Part shown: piece by piece, positions 17,201 through 25,064 of the stretch
Position numbering within the stretch: the stretch's first letter is position 1
Layout: each line of letters starts with the position of its first letter
Made by a program: the position numbers and the translations under genes
The notes under the pieces: model-generated
Databases searched by the model: none
The model's input: only the letters and a program-made list of their open reading frames with translations
What the model was told of the DNA's origin: nothing
Virus record (IMG/VR): IMGVR_UViG_3300042898_004908
Location: 1 to 59,495 of that record
Direction: 5' to 3' (one strand)
DNA from: a virus
Taxonomy: Duplodnaviria > Caudoviricetes
DNA length: 59,495 bases

Positions 17201-18371
17201 AATGGGATGGGGAGGTAATTGGACTACGCCAAAAGATCCTATGCACTTTAGTATGGCCAAAAGCGAAGGTGGCGTTGTTGAATTAAGTGAAGGCGGCATA
17301 GTACCAGCTAGACCAGGTGGCACCCGTGCGATAATTGGCGAAGGTGGACAACCCGAAGCAGTTATTCCTCTCAAAGGTGGCGCAGTTCCTGTAAACATTG
17401 GCGGGTTTGACCGATTTGCTGGTACAATGACACAGTATCTGAACACACAGGCAAGACTGTCAGAAAAATTGTACGCCAGACCCACAGACATGGCAGCTGG
17501 ACTTGTTAAGAGTTCTTTAAACACAGAAGAAGGCACAATACAAAGCAAACTGATTGATGCTACAGTATCAAAAGTTGTTGGATCAATTCCAGGAGTAAAA
17601 GAACTTGGTAGTATTTTAAACATTGCCGAAACATTGCAAAGTGATAAAATTTCAACAGCTGAAAAAGTACTTGAAATTGCCAAGCTGTTGAATCCCACTG
17701 TTAGAATGGTGTCAAAGTTGTATGATGTGTACAACAAGGTGGATGCAGTTACCTCAGCACTAAAGGCACCTGAAGAACCTGCAGTTAGCCCAGTTGATCA
17801 GCAACTAGACAAAGTTTTTGAATCAGGTTTCTCAAACTTATCAGACAAGTTTGCCAAACAAACTGACACGGATTTATTAAAATCTACTATCTCAGATTTT
17901 AAAAATGCGCAATTTGGACTAGCAGACACAAGCGAAATAGTCAAGTCAATATCAACTGAAGCACGGTCAGCGTTAGATGATGGTGCACAGAGATACGAAA
18001 AAATGCTGTCAAATGCATTGGAAAAATCTCAAGTGGCCAAACCTGAAGAGCCTAAATTTACAGAGTTAAAAATTCCGTTAGAAGGAATTGCAAAACAACT
18101 GGCAGGAAATATTCCTGGCAGCGATCGAGTATCAATAGCCAAAGACTTTGATCAAGACCTAATGAACAAGCTCAGTGAGCAAAAAGCAACACCATTGACT
18201 CCCACAGTGGCACCACCTACAGATACTGTCAACTTTAGAGAGCTCACAGATGTCATGAAACAAACAGCTTCCATAAATGAATCCATGGCTGGCATGATGG
18301 CTGAATTGGTCAGACAACAGCAGACCAGCAACGACATCAACAACAAGATGTTGCGTGTTGCACAGAACTAA
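14286..18371 (+). CDS. Tape-measure-like protein with a peptidase M15 (Zn peptidoglycan hydrolase) domain
   Basis: Long Ala/Lys/Glu/Gln helical protein; GGY..R......SIHAHGAAIDIN...WGGNW...DPMHF (M15 H-D-H ligands); GGIV..P....IGEGG.PEAVIPL motif. Confidence 0.75.
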   Translation: MAMTEDESRRLAEQQRQFTEQLFQLTGVTASLTQEEIAAAKATKLFDDKMTLATATIGGLIKATAAYNKALYDGEKGAKAFAASTDSIADSITAVGTALALLFPGGILIKGVIAGLGLLAGEAVRFSKIYGEQADNVRNAFDQLAQVGLTGSEGMEGVFEQIQKFGLNIKDASHVAKLMGENAVDMSLFSKTTRDGYLEFNKTVEGLAQFRTEFRNLGLDQKASIDAAMGLRKQQQLLALGTKAQMEVSSSAVKRYVEETDRLTRITGLSRQQQEKAVEDALSNQAYGATIANLQDEGTDAAKRSVEQFNTIQKILKTLGPEMEKAGQDAAGGFIGASDRAGKLFQASGGKYQALVDDIQNKRITSDEELANRLQDVFQTIGRTEKMFRGQQQMMNADTFLIVAQEMRKAGTLGAKDLAAIINRTTTTQKEAIQGDALLNKSTELLIKQQDEELKLQKDVQRGVLNYMTTITAVGGAMNSLNDMARKAAEALGIIGGRKPGPGGMPATGAVPAAGAAPGMAPKSDATAQAQTEVAKIQDKVTAVKTELENNKKAQTQAKADLQTVLIENKSTAEIAAAKQKIADLAKQEIKIKETIVEQEKSQQKAQQKVLEQQRLDQQILYKAREAEQMVVEVQKEILSNKQSLATLRDSRFETAKDLAAREAKSYKTAVDLATINGTKAELKNINDKIARGEKDLGEKEKQLTEFQKTMQSARKALPTAATETVSIDIDREKFAKVDKENFDKYEARKKELYDKELKEIEADTNLDVRQRTRLREKAAKMAEETSAKEYAAKIKAAGAGQVTVTKAPAAGATAGATAEATAAPAGATAGAPPPPETTAGAPPAAPTAPAAAKGSKGPEAHDPVGTGGGGKKTTEEKPKLARVGSKSGKGASVNEKYASNFQNLINYLDGQGYEINSLGGYVDRDVRGQPGVKSIHAHGAAIDINPGTNPMGSTLITDMPADISSIAKQMGMGWGGNWTTPKDPMHFSMAKSEGGVVELSEGGIVPARPGGTRAIIGEGGQPEAVIPLKGGAVPVNIGGFDRFAGTMTQYLNTQARLSEKLYARPTDMAAGLVKSSLNTEEGTIQSKLIDATVSKVVGSIPGVKELGSILNIAETLQSDKISTAEKVLEIAKLLNPTVRMVSKLYDVYNKVDAVTSALKAPEEPAVSPVDQQLDKVFESGFSNLSDKFAKQTDTDLLKSTISDFKNAQFGLADTSEIVKSISTEARSALDDGAQRYEKMLSNALEKSQVAKPEEPKFTELKIPLEGIAKQLAGNIPGSDRVSIAKDFDQDLMNKLSEQKATPLTPTVAPPTDTVNFRELTDVMKQTASINESMAGMMAELVRQQQTSNDINNKMLRVAQN

Positions 18372-18387
18372 CGGTAAATAACACACC

Positions 18388-18897
18388 ATGGCAGACAATA
18401 TTTTTTATGTGTATCAGTATATTAATGAAGATGGGCAACCATACTACATTGGTAAAGGGTCGGGCAAACGCATCGATAGGCCACATACAAAAACTAAACT
18501 GCCACCAAAAGAACGCCGTATAATCATAAAAGATAGTTTGTCAAACGAAGAAGCAAAGCAACTTGAGGGTACTCTTATAAGCAAATATAAGAGAAAACTT
18601 GATGGTGGTATTCTAGATAATATTAAAATAAATCAATGGGCATGTGCTGTAGGATGGAAACATTCAGAAGAAACTAAAAGAAAAATTAGCGAAGGTAATC
18701 GTGGAAAAACACGCACTCCTGAACAGTTGAAAAATTACAAAGGTACTGTAACTCTTGAACATCGTGAAAAAGTTAGACAAGCTAATTTAGGACGCCCATA
18801 TGACCCAGTACGGGCAGCTAAAATTTCATCTACCTTAAAGCGTTATTTTGCAGAACGCAAAGCAAATAAATTAATGCAGGAACATAATAATGGCTGA
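18388..18897 (+). CDS. Free-standing GIY-YIG homing endonuclease with NUMOD3-like repeats
   Basis: FYVYQY...PYYIGKG...R; KHSEETKRKISE; overlaps the portal start. Confidence 0.85.
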   Translation: MADNIFYVYQYINEDGQPYYIGKGSGKRIDRPHTKTKLPPKERRIIIKDSLSNEEAKQLEGTLISKYKRKLDGGILDNIKINQWACAVGWKHSEETKRKISEGNRGKTRTPEQLKNYKGTVTLEHREKVRQANLGRPYDPVRAAKISSTLKRYFAERKANKLMQEHNNG

Positions 18898-20674
18898 AAA
18901 CGATAAAAATAAAGGGTCGTGGCGCAAGTACTTCAAAGTTGCAGACACATCGGGCGTAATGAGCCCAATTTCGGGCACCAATCAATTTGGCCTGCCTGGC
19001 TACGGAAAAAATGACGGATCCAACAACAACATCAATGATTTTGTTTTCCGCAACTATGCCAGTCGATTGCCCGAAGTTTACTCAGGACATCCCAACCGTG
19101 TTGAGCGTTATAACCAGTACGAAAACATGGACATGGATTCAGAAATCAATGCCTGTCTGGATATTATTGCTGAATTTTCTACACAACTGAACGAACAAAA
19201 CGGCACGCCATTTGACATTGATTATCAAGACAAGCCCACAGATCACGAAATTGAAATTATCCGCAAGCAAATGAAACAGTGGGTCAAGCTGAACAAACTG
19301 GATCAACGAGTGTTCAAGCTGTTCCGTAACACCATCAAGTACGGAGATCAAGTGTTTGTGCGTGATCCAGAAACATTTGAAATGTACTGGGTAGACATGA
19401 GCAAAGTTGCCCGGGTGATTGTGAACGAATCTGAAGGCAAGCGTCCTGAACAGTATGTGATTCGTGACATCAACCCCAACTTTCAAAACATGACCGTGGC
19501 AGCCAAGACCACCACAGACTACATGACCAATCCTGTGACAGGATCAATATCAGGTGCCGCAAACTACAGCATGCCCAACGGTGGCACAGGTGGAGGTGTG
19601 GGCAACAGTCGTTTCATGACTGCCATGAACGAAGTGTGCCTGGATGCCAAGCACATTGTTCACATGAGCCTGAATGAAGGACTGGATACTTTCTGGCCTT
19701 TTGGAAAATCAATCTTGGAAAACATCTACAAAGTTTTCAAACAAAAAGAACTACTAGAAGACTCAATCCTGATCTATCGTGTGCAACGAGCTCCAGAGCG
19801 ACGAATCTTCAAGATTGATGTGGGCAACATGCCGTCACACTTGGCCATGCAGTTTGTTGAGCGTGTGAAAAATGAAATGCATCAACGCCGAATTCCCACA
19901 GTAACAGGTGGTGGCAACAACATGATGGACGCCAGCTACAACCCATTGAGCGTGGGCGAAGACTACTTTTTCCCACAAGGCCAAGACGGTCGTGGCAGCT
20001 CAGTTGAAACCTTGCCAGGTGGTCAGAACCTAGGCGAAATTGATGACTTGAAGTATTTCAACAACAAAATGGCTCGTGGTCTGCGTGTGCCAAGTAGCTA
20101 TTTGCCCACAGGTCCAGACGATTCAAGTCAAGCATTCAATGACGGAAAAGTGGGTACAGCCTTGATACAAGAGTACAGATTCAATCAATATTGCGAGCGA
20201 TTGCAGGCATTGATTGTGCAAAAACTTGATGATGAATTTAAGATGTTCTTGAAATGGCGCGGGTTTAACATTGACTCAGGTCTGTTTAACTTGACATTTA
20301 ACGCACCTCAAAACTTTGCCAGCTATCGTCAAAGTGAATTGGACAACACTAGAATCACATCGTTCCAGGCCATGGAACCATTGCCATACATGAGCAAGCG
20401 ATTCTTGCTGGAACGCTTCTTGGGATTGACTCAAGATGAAATACAGAAAAATGAAGAGATGTGGCGTGAAGAAAGAGACAATCCTGAGTTGTCTACCCAG
20501 TCCGGTCAAGACCTACGCAGTGTGGGCATTACACCTGCCAATCTGGACAGTGACATTCAAACTGGAGATGCAGTTGCTGCCATGGGAGTAAATGGTGGTG
20601 CGCCAATGGGTGCGCCAACAGGCCCAGGTGCTGTGCCTCCAGCCGGTGGCGTTGCTCCACCGCCTGCGTTATAA
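18890..20674 (+). CDS. gp20: Portal protein
   Basis: LEDSILIYRVQRAPERRIFKIDVGNMP, EDYFFP, TLPGGQNLGEIDD. Confidence 0.95.
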   Translation: MAENDKNKGSWRKYFKVADTSGVMSPISGTNQFGLPGYGKNDGSNNNINDFVFRNYASRLPEVYSGHPNRVERYNQYENMDMDSEINACLDIIAEFSTQLNEQNGTPFDIDYQDKPTDHEIEIIRKQMKQWVKLNKLDQRVFKLFRNTIKYGDQVFVRDPETFEMYWVDMSKVARVIVNESEGKRPEQYVIRDINPNFQNMTVAAKTTTDYMTNPVTGSISGAANYSMPNGGTGGGVGNSRFMTAMNEVCLDAKHIVHMSLNEGLDTFWPFGKSILENIYKVFKQKELLEDSILIYRVQRAPERRIFKIDVGNMPSHLAMQFVERVKNEMHQRRIPTVTGGGNNMMDASYNPLSVGEDYFFPQGQDGRGSSVETLPGGQNLGEIDDLKYFNNKMARGLRVPSSYLPTGPDDSSQAFNDGKVGTALIQEYRFNQYCERLQALIVQKLDDEFKMFLKWRGFNIDSGLFNLTFNAPQNFASYRQSELDNTRITSFQAMEPLPYMSKRFLLERFLGLTQDEIQKNEEMWREERDNPELSTQSGQDLRSVGITPANLDSDIQTGDAVAAMGVNGGAPMGAPTGPGAVPPAGGVAPPPAL

Positions 20675-20677
20675 ATA
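20670..20677 (+). promoter_or_regulatory. T4-type late promoter TATAAATA
   Basis: Exact T4 consensus, 5 nt before ATG 20683. Confidence 0.7.
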
Positions 20678-20682
20678 CAATC

Positions 20683-20901
20683 ATGCAACTAAACGAATTC
20701 TTTTCTCGTGAACCGTCAGCTTACCAAGACCTGAGTCAGGACAACAGTCAGCCTGAAATTGGTGACCTGCGTAAAAGTCGTCTAACCCTGCGCCAGTTAA
20801 ACAAACTGCGCAAAATGAATGATATCCGTACATTTGAATACAAAGAAAAACTCAAGCTGGTCAAGCAACAATATTCTCCTCCTCCGGCACCCATGGTATA
20901 A
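20683..20901 (+). CDS. Small hypothetical head-module protein
   Basis: 72 aa, lies between portal and core genes; MQLNEF start. Confidence 0.7.
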   Translation: MQLNEFFSREPSAYQDLSQDNSQPEIGDLRKSRLTLRQLNKLRKMNDIRTFEYKEKLKLVKQQYSPPPAPMV

Positions 20902-21004
20902 TTTGCACTGACAGGCAATTTATCTTCGTTTTGACACCTTAAACACTATACTTTTTGCGTGTTGTGTAAATAACAGCACACTTTACCTATAGGAGTTTTA
21001 TCAT

Positions 21005-21856
21005 ATGAACCGTTTTGAACAACTCATCGAGTATGTCATTAATGACGAAGAACAAAAAGCCCGCGAGCTATTCCACGACATCGTTGTGGAAAAAAGCCGC
21101 CAAATCTACGAAAATCTAATGCAAGAAGAAGCAGAAGAAGATCTAGATGAAGCAGCTGAAGAAGATCTCGACGAAGCAGCCGAAGAAGAACTAGACGAAG
21201 CCGACATGGGCGACAACAATTTGATCGACGAAGTCGAAGTTGAAGAAGAGTCCGACATGCACATGGAAGGCGAAGACGACGAAATGGACGACGAAATGGG
21301 CGGCGACGCTCAAGATGAATTCGTTAGCGATGTCGAAGTATCCAAAACTGATTTTGATGACGAAGGTGGCGATGAACCAGCTACCAAAGACGACATCATG
21401 AACTTGGAAGACAAACTAGACCAATTGATGGCCGAATTTGAAGCTGAATTAGCAGGCGATGCTGGCGGCACAGATGGCGACATGATGGGTTCAGACGAAG
21501 GTGGCGATGCCATCGAAATGGATGACACAGAAGAAATGATGCCAATGGCCGAAGCCATTAGCTTAAAAGCAGCCCCAAAGCCAGTGACCACTGAGCAAGG
21601 CGACGGCAAAGCAGGCCCAGTGGCATTCAACAGCGGCGCAACAGGTATGGCAGCCAAGCCAGTACACACAGGTACTAGCATGGGCGGAAGTCATGATACC
21701 AATGCATATCGCAACACAACCAAAGATTTGATTGGCAAGGTTGGTAATTCACCAGCACAGTCAACACAAGGTCTTAAGCCAGCTACAAAGCCACATCTTG
21801 GCCAAGCCAGCGGTGTAAACAACAAGAGCCCACTACCAAGCGGTCGTAAGGGTTAA
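21005..21856 (+). CDS. Acidic prohead core/scaffold-like protein
   Basis: D/E-rich with EEDLDEAA repeats (L-x-E protease sites); strong AGGAG RBS; lies before gp21. Confidence 0.65.
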   Translation: MNRFEQLIEYVINDEEQKARELFHDIVVEKSRQIYENLMQEEAEEDLDEAAEEDLDEAAEEELDEADMGDNNLIDEVEVEEESDMHMEGEDDEMDDEMGGDAQDEFVSDVEVSKTDFDDEGGDEPATKDDIMNLEDKLDQLMAEFEAELAGDAGGTDGDMMGSDEGGDAIEMDDTEEMMPMAEAISLKAAPKPVTTEQGDGKAGPVAFNSGATGMAAKPVHTGTSMGGSHDTNAYRNTTKDLIGKVGNSPAQSTQGLKPATKPHLGQASGVNNKSPLPSGRKG

Positions 21857-21860
21857 TTAG

Positions 21861-22499
21861 ATGTCATCTAGATACCTAAGAGAAGAATTAACTTTTAGCC
21901 AGGCCAATATCCGAGTCTTAGAAGAGTCGGATGTGGGTGGTAAAAAGCATCTCTACCTCGAAGGCATCTGCATTGAAGGCGACAAGCGCAATGCAAATGA
22001 CCGTATCTATCCTCTATACGAAATTCGCAAGGCAGTTGAAACTATCAACGAACAGATACTAAAAGGTAACTCCGTTCTAGGTGAAGTGGATCATCCAGAT
22101 GATTTAAAAATCAATCTGGATCGAGTTTGTCACACAGTTGAAAAAATGTGGATGGACGGACATGCCGGCTGCGGCAAGTTGAAAATCCTGCCGACCCCCA
22201 TGGGAGAATTGATAAAGACATTGTTGACATCTGGCGTGAAGCTGGGCGTCAGCAGTCGAGGATCAGGTAATGTTGATGACAGAACAGGACATGTAAGTGA
22301 CTTTGAAATAGTCACTATAGATGTAGTTGCCCAACCCAGCGCACCAAATGCTTATCCAAAAGCAATTTATGAAGGCCTCATGAACATGAAGCACGGTCAT
22401 AGAATTTTGGAAATGGCGCGAGAAGCTGGCCAGGACGACAAAGTGAAGAGATATCTCGCAGATGAAGTTAAAAAACTCATCAGAGATCTCAAAATCTAA
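21861..22499 (+). CDS. gp21: Prohead core protease
   Basis: LGEVDHP, GVSSRG, DVVAQPSAP motifs. Confidence 0.93.
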   Translation: MSSRYLREELTFSQANIRVLEESDVGGKKHLYLEGICIEGDKRNANDRIYPLYEIRKAVETINEQILKGNSVLGEVDHPDDLKINLDRVCHTVEKMWMDGHAGCGKLKILPTPMGELIKTLLTSGVKLGVSSRGSGNVDDRTGHVSDFEIVTIDVVAQPSAPNAYPKAIYEGLMNMKHGHRILEMAREAGQDDKVKRYLADEVKKLIRDLKI

Positions 22500-22511
22500 G
22501 GAGAACCAGGC

Positions 22512-23606
22512 ATGTTTGATGCTATTAAACCATTGCTAGATAGTGGCCTTATTAACGAGGATGTAAGTAAAGAGCTCACCGAAGCGTGGGATCAAAAACT
22601 TACAGAAGCTCGCGAAATGGTTCGTGCAGAACTCCGTGAAGAGTTTGCACAACGCTACGAGCATGACAAAACAGTAATGGTAGAAGCCCTAGATAAGATG
22701 GTAACAGAAGGTCTAGCCGCAGAAATTGCCCAAGTAGCCGCTGAAAAGCGTAACTTGGCCGAAGACCGCGTTAAGTTCCACAGCAAAATGAATGAGTCAG
22801 CCACTAAGTTTAACAGCTTCTTGGTTACAAAACTTGCTGAAGAAATTAGCGAACTGCGTAGAGATCGCAAGATGCACACTGAAGGAGTTGCAAAACTCGA
22901 AAACTTCATTGTACATGCACTTGCACATGAGATTCAAGAATTTGCACAAGACAAGCGTGATGTTGTAGAAACAAAAGTTCGTTTGGTGCGTGAAGCTCGT
23001 AGCAAGTTAGAAGGACTCAAATCACGCTTTATTAAAGAAAGCGCACAAAAAATGAGTTCTGCTGTTAGCAGACATCTTAAGGCCGAACTAAATCAGCTAC
23101 AAGAAGATATCAAGATTGCTCGTGAGAACAATTTTGGTCGTCGTATCTTTGAAGCATATGCAACTGAATTTGGTGCTACTCACCTGAATGAGAAAGCAGA
23201 AGTCCGTAAGTTGCATTCACTTATTGCTCGTAAAAACCAAAAGTTAAAAGAAGCAATTCAACTCACTGCAAAGGCGAAAGTCGTTGTTGAGTCCAAAGAA
23301 CGCGAACTGCGTATGATCAAAGAATCCAATGAGCGTGATGGCACATTGGAAATGTTGCTTGCTCCTCTAAACAAGGAAAAGCAAGATGTCATGCGTAATT
23401 TGCTTGAAAGTGTTCAAACAACTCGTTTGAAATCAGCTTTCGAAAAATATCTACCAGCAGTGTTGGAAGACCGTTCAGTAAAAGCCCATAAAGTGATTGC
23501 AGAATCAGTGTCCACAGTAACCGGTGATAAGACAGCCCCCGCACAATCCGCAACTCAAGAAGATCGCAGCAATGTGATTGATTTGAAGCGTTTGGCAGGA
23601 CTGTAA
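22512..23606 (+). CDS. gp22: Prohead core scaffolding protein
   Basis: Coiled-coil protein between gp21 and gp23. Confidence 0.75.
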   Translation: MFDAIKPLLDSGLINEDVSKELTEAWDQKLTEAREMVRAELREEFAQRYEHDKTVMVEALDKMVTEGLAAEIAQVAAEKRNLAEDRVKFHSKMNESATKFNSFLVTKLAEEISELRRDRKMHTEGVAKLENFIVHALAHEIQEFAQDKRDVVETKVRLVREARSKLEGLKSRFIKESAQKMSSAVSRHLKAELNQLQEDIKIARENNFGRRIFEAYATEFGATHLNEKAEVRKLHSLIARKNQKLKEAIQLTAKAKVVVESKERELRMIKESNERDGTLEMLLAPLNKEKQDVMRNLLESVQTTRLKSAFEKYLPAVLEDRSVKAHKVIAESVSTVTGDKTAPAQSATQEDRSNVIDLKRLAGL

Positions 23607-23629
23607 TTTTTAAATTATAGGAGACTTAA

Positions 23630-24826
23630 ATGTCACAAGAACTATTAGAAAGTCGCTGGGGCGAGACCAAAGAAGCATTGCTTGAAGGTTTAAACGGCTC
23701 AAAGCGCAACTCAATGAATGTTATTCTTGAGAACACACGCAAGTACTTGAAAGAAAATGCAAGTGCTGGTTCAACAGCATCTGGTAACATCGCTACACTA
23801 AACCGTGTGATTCTTCCAGTGATTCGTCGTGTCATGCCAACAGTTATTGCTAACGAGTTGGTTGGCGTTCAGCCAATGACAGGACCTGTTGGTCAAATTC
23901 ACACTCTGCGTGTTCGTTATGCACAGAGCTTGACTGATAACTCACTTGCTCAAACTAGCGTCACAGCTGGCCAAGAAGCATTGAGCCCATTCACTATTGC
24001 TACTGCATACTCTACAGTACCAAAAGACACATCAACAGCAACAGCTTACACTGGTGGCAACACAGCTACCATGGAAGGTAACGGCGGTAAGCAAATTTCC
24101 GTCCAAATCTTGAAGCAAGCTGTTGAAGCCAAGACTCGCAAATTGCAAGCTCGTTGGACATTTGAATCTGCACAAGACGCACAAGCCATGCATGGTATTG
24201 ATGTTGAAGCAGAAATCATGGCTGCTTTGGCTCAAGAGATTACCGCTGAGATTGACCAAGAGATTCTCTTGAGCTTGCGCTCATTGGCATCTACTGAGTT
24301 CACATACAACCAAGCTACCGTTTCTGGTACAGCTACATTCGTTGGTGACGAACACGCCGCATTGGCCGTGTTGATCAACCGTGTTGCTAACTTGATCGCA
24401 CAACGCACTCGTCGTGGTGCTGGTAACTACGCTGTTGTTTCTTCAGCCGCATTGACAGTGTTGCAATCTGCAACTACTAGTGCGTTTGCTCGTACAACAG
24501 AAGGCACATTCGAAGCTCCTACAAACACCAAGTTTGTTGGTACATTGAATGGCTCAATGCGTGTGTTTGTTGACAGCTATGCGGCTGACACAACACCAGT
24601 ATTGGTTGGTTACAAAGGTAGTTCAGAAGCTGACGCTCCTGCATTCTACTGCCCATACATTCCATTGATGAGCAGTGGTGTTGTTTTGGATCCAACTACA
24701 TTCGAACCAGTCGTGTCATTTATGACTCGTTATGGTTACATTGAGTTGACAAACACTGCATCGTCTTTCGGTAACGCCGGTGACTATGTTGGTGAGATCG
24801 CTGTATCCAACTTGTCTTTCTCTTAA
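23630..24826 (+). CDS. gp23: Major capsid protein
   Basis: GVQPMTGPVG, KTRKLQARWT.E.AQD...HGID, FYCPYIPL, FMTRYG. Confidence 0.96.
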   Translation: MSQELLESRWGETKEALLEGLNGSKRNSMNVILENTRKYLKENASAGSTASGNIATLNRVILPVIRRVMPTVIANELVGVQPMTGPVGQIHTLRVRYAQSLTDNSLAQTSVTAGQEALSPFTIATAYSTVPKDTSTATAYTGGNTATMEGNGGKQISVQILKQAVEAKTRKLQARWTFESAQDAQAMHGIDVEAEIMAALAQEITAEIDQEILLSLRSLASTEFTYNQATVSGTATFVGDEHAALAVLINRVANLIAQRTRRGAGNYAVVSSAALTVLQSATTSAFARTTEGTFEAPTNTKFVGTLNGSMRVFVDSYAADTTPVLVGYKGSSEADAPAFYCPYIPLMSSGVVLDPTTFEPVVSFMTRYGYIELTNTASSFGNAGDYVGEIAVSNLSFS

Positions 24827-24845
24827 TCAGAGATTGCACACAATC

Positions 24846-24871
24846 AAAAAAGCACCTTCGGGTGCTTTTTT
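24846..24871 (+). terminator. Intrinsic terminator after gp23
   Basis: AAAAAAGCACC-TTCG-GGTGCTTTTTT with a C(UUCG)G loop. Confidence 0.9.
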
Positions 24872-24879
24872 ATTGGCCA

Positions 24880-24887
24880 TATAAATA
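24880..24887 (+). promoter_or_regulatory. Late promoter TATAAATA
   Basis: Exact consensus just after the terminator. Confidence 0.7.
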
Positions 24888-24907
24888 TAACATAACAAGG
24901 AATAATA

Positions 24908-25060
24908 ATGGGAGTTGTAGTTGGTTCAGGTATAACAATAGGTCCAGGTATCACAATTGGCGCACCTGGTCAAGCGCCAGCAGTAATAACATTTATCACG
25001 ACACAAAATAACGAAGAACTGTTGACACAAGACAACAACAACCTAATTACGGAAAATTAA
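24908..25060 (+). CDS. Small 50-aa virion-associated protein; missing from the ORF track
   Basis: AAGGA RBS; MGVVVGSGITIGPGITIG...LLTQDNNNLITEN. Confidence 0.7.
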   Translation: MGVVVGSGITIGPGITIGAPGQAPAVITFITTQNNEELLTQDNNNLITEN

Positions 25061-25064
25061 TAAT

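Noticed and set aside
5510-24826. Inteins or introns in gp46, portal or capsid genes
   Set aside because: No splice motifs or frame breaks; the extra gp46 length is explained by coiled-coil duplication
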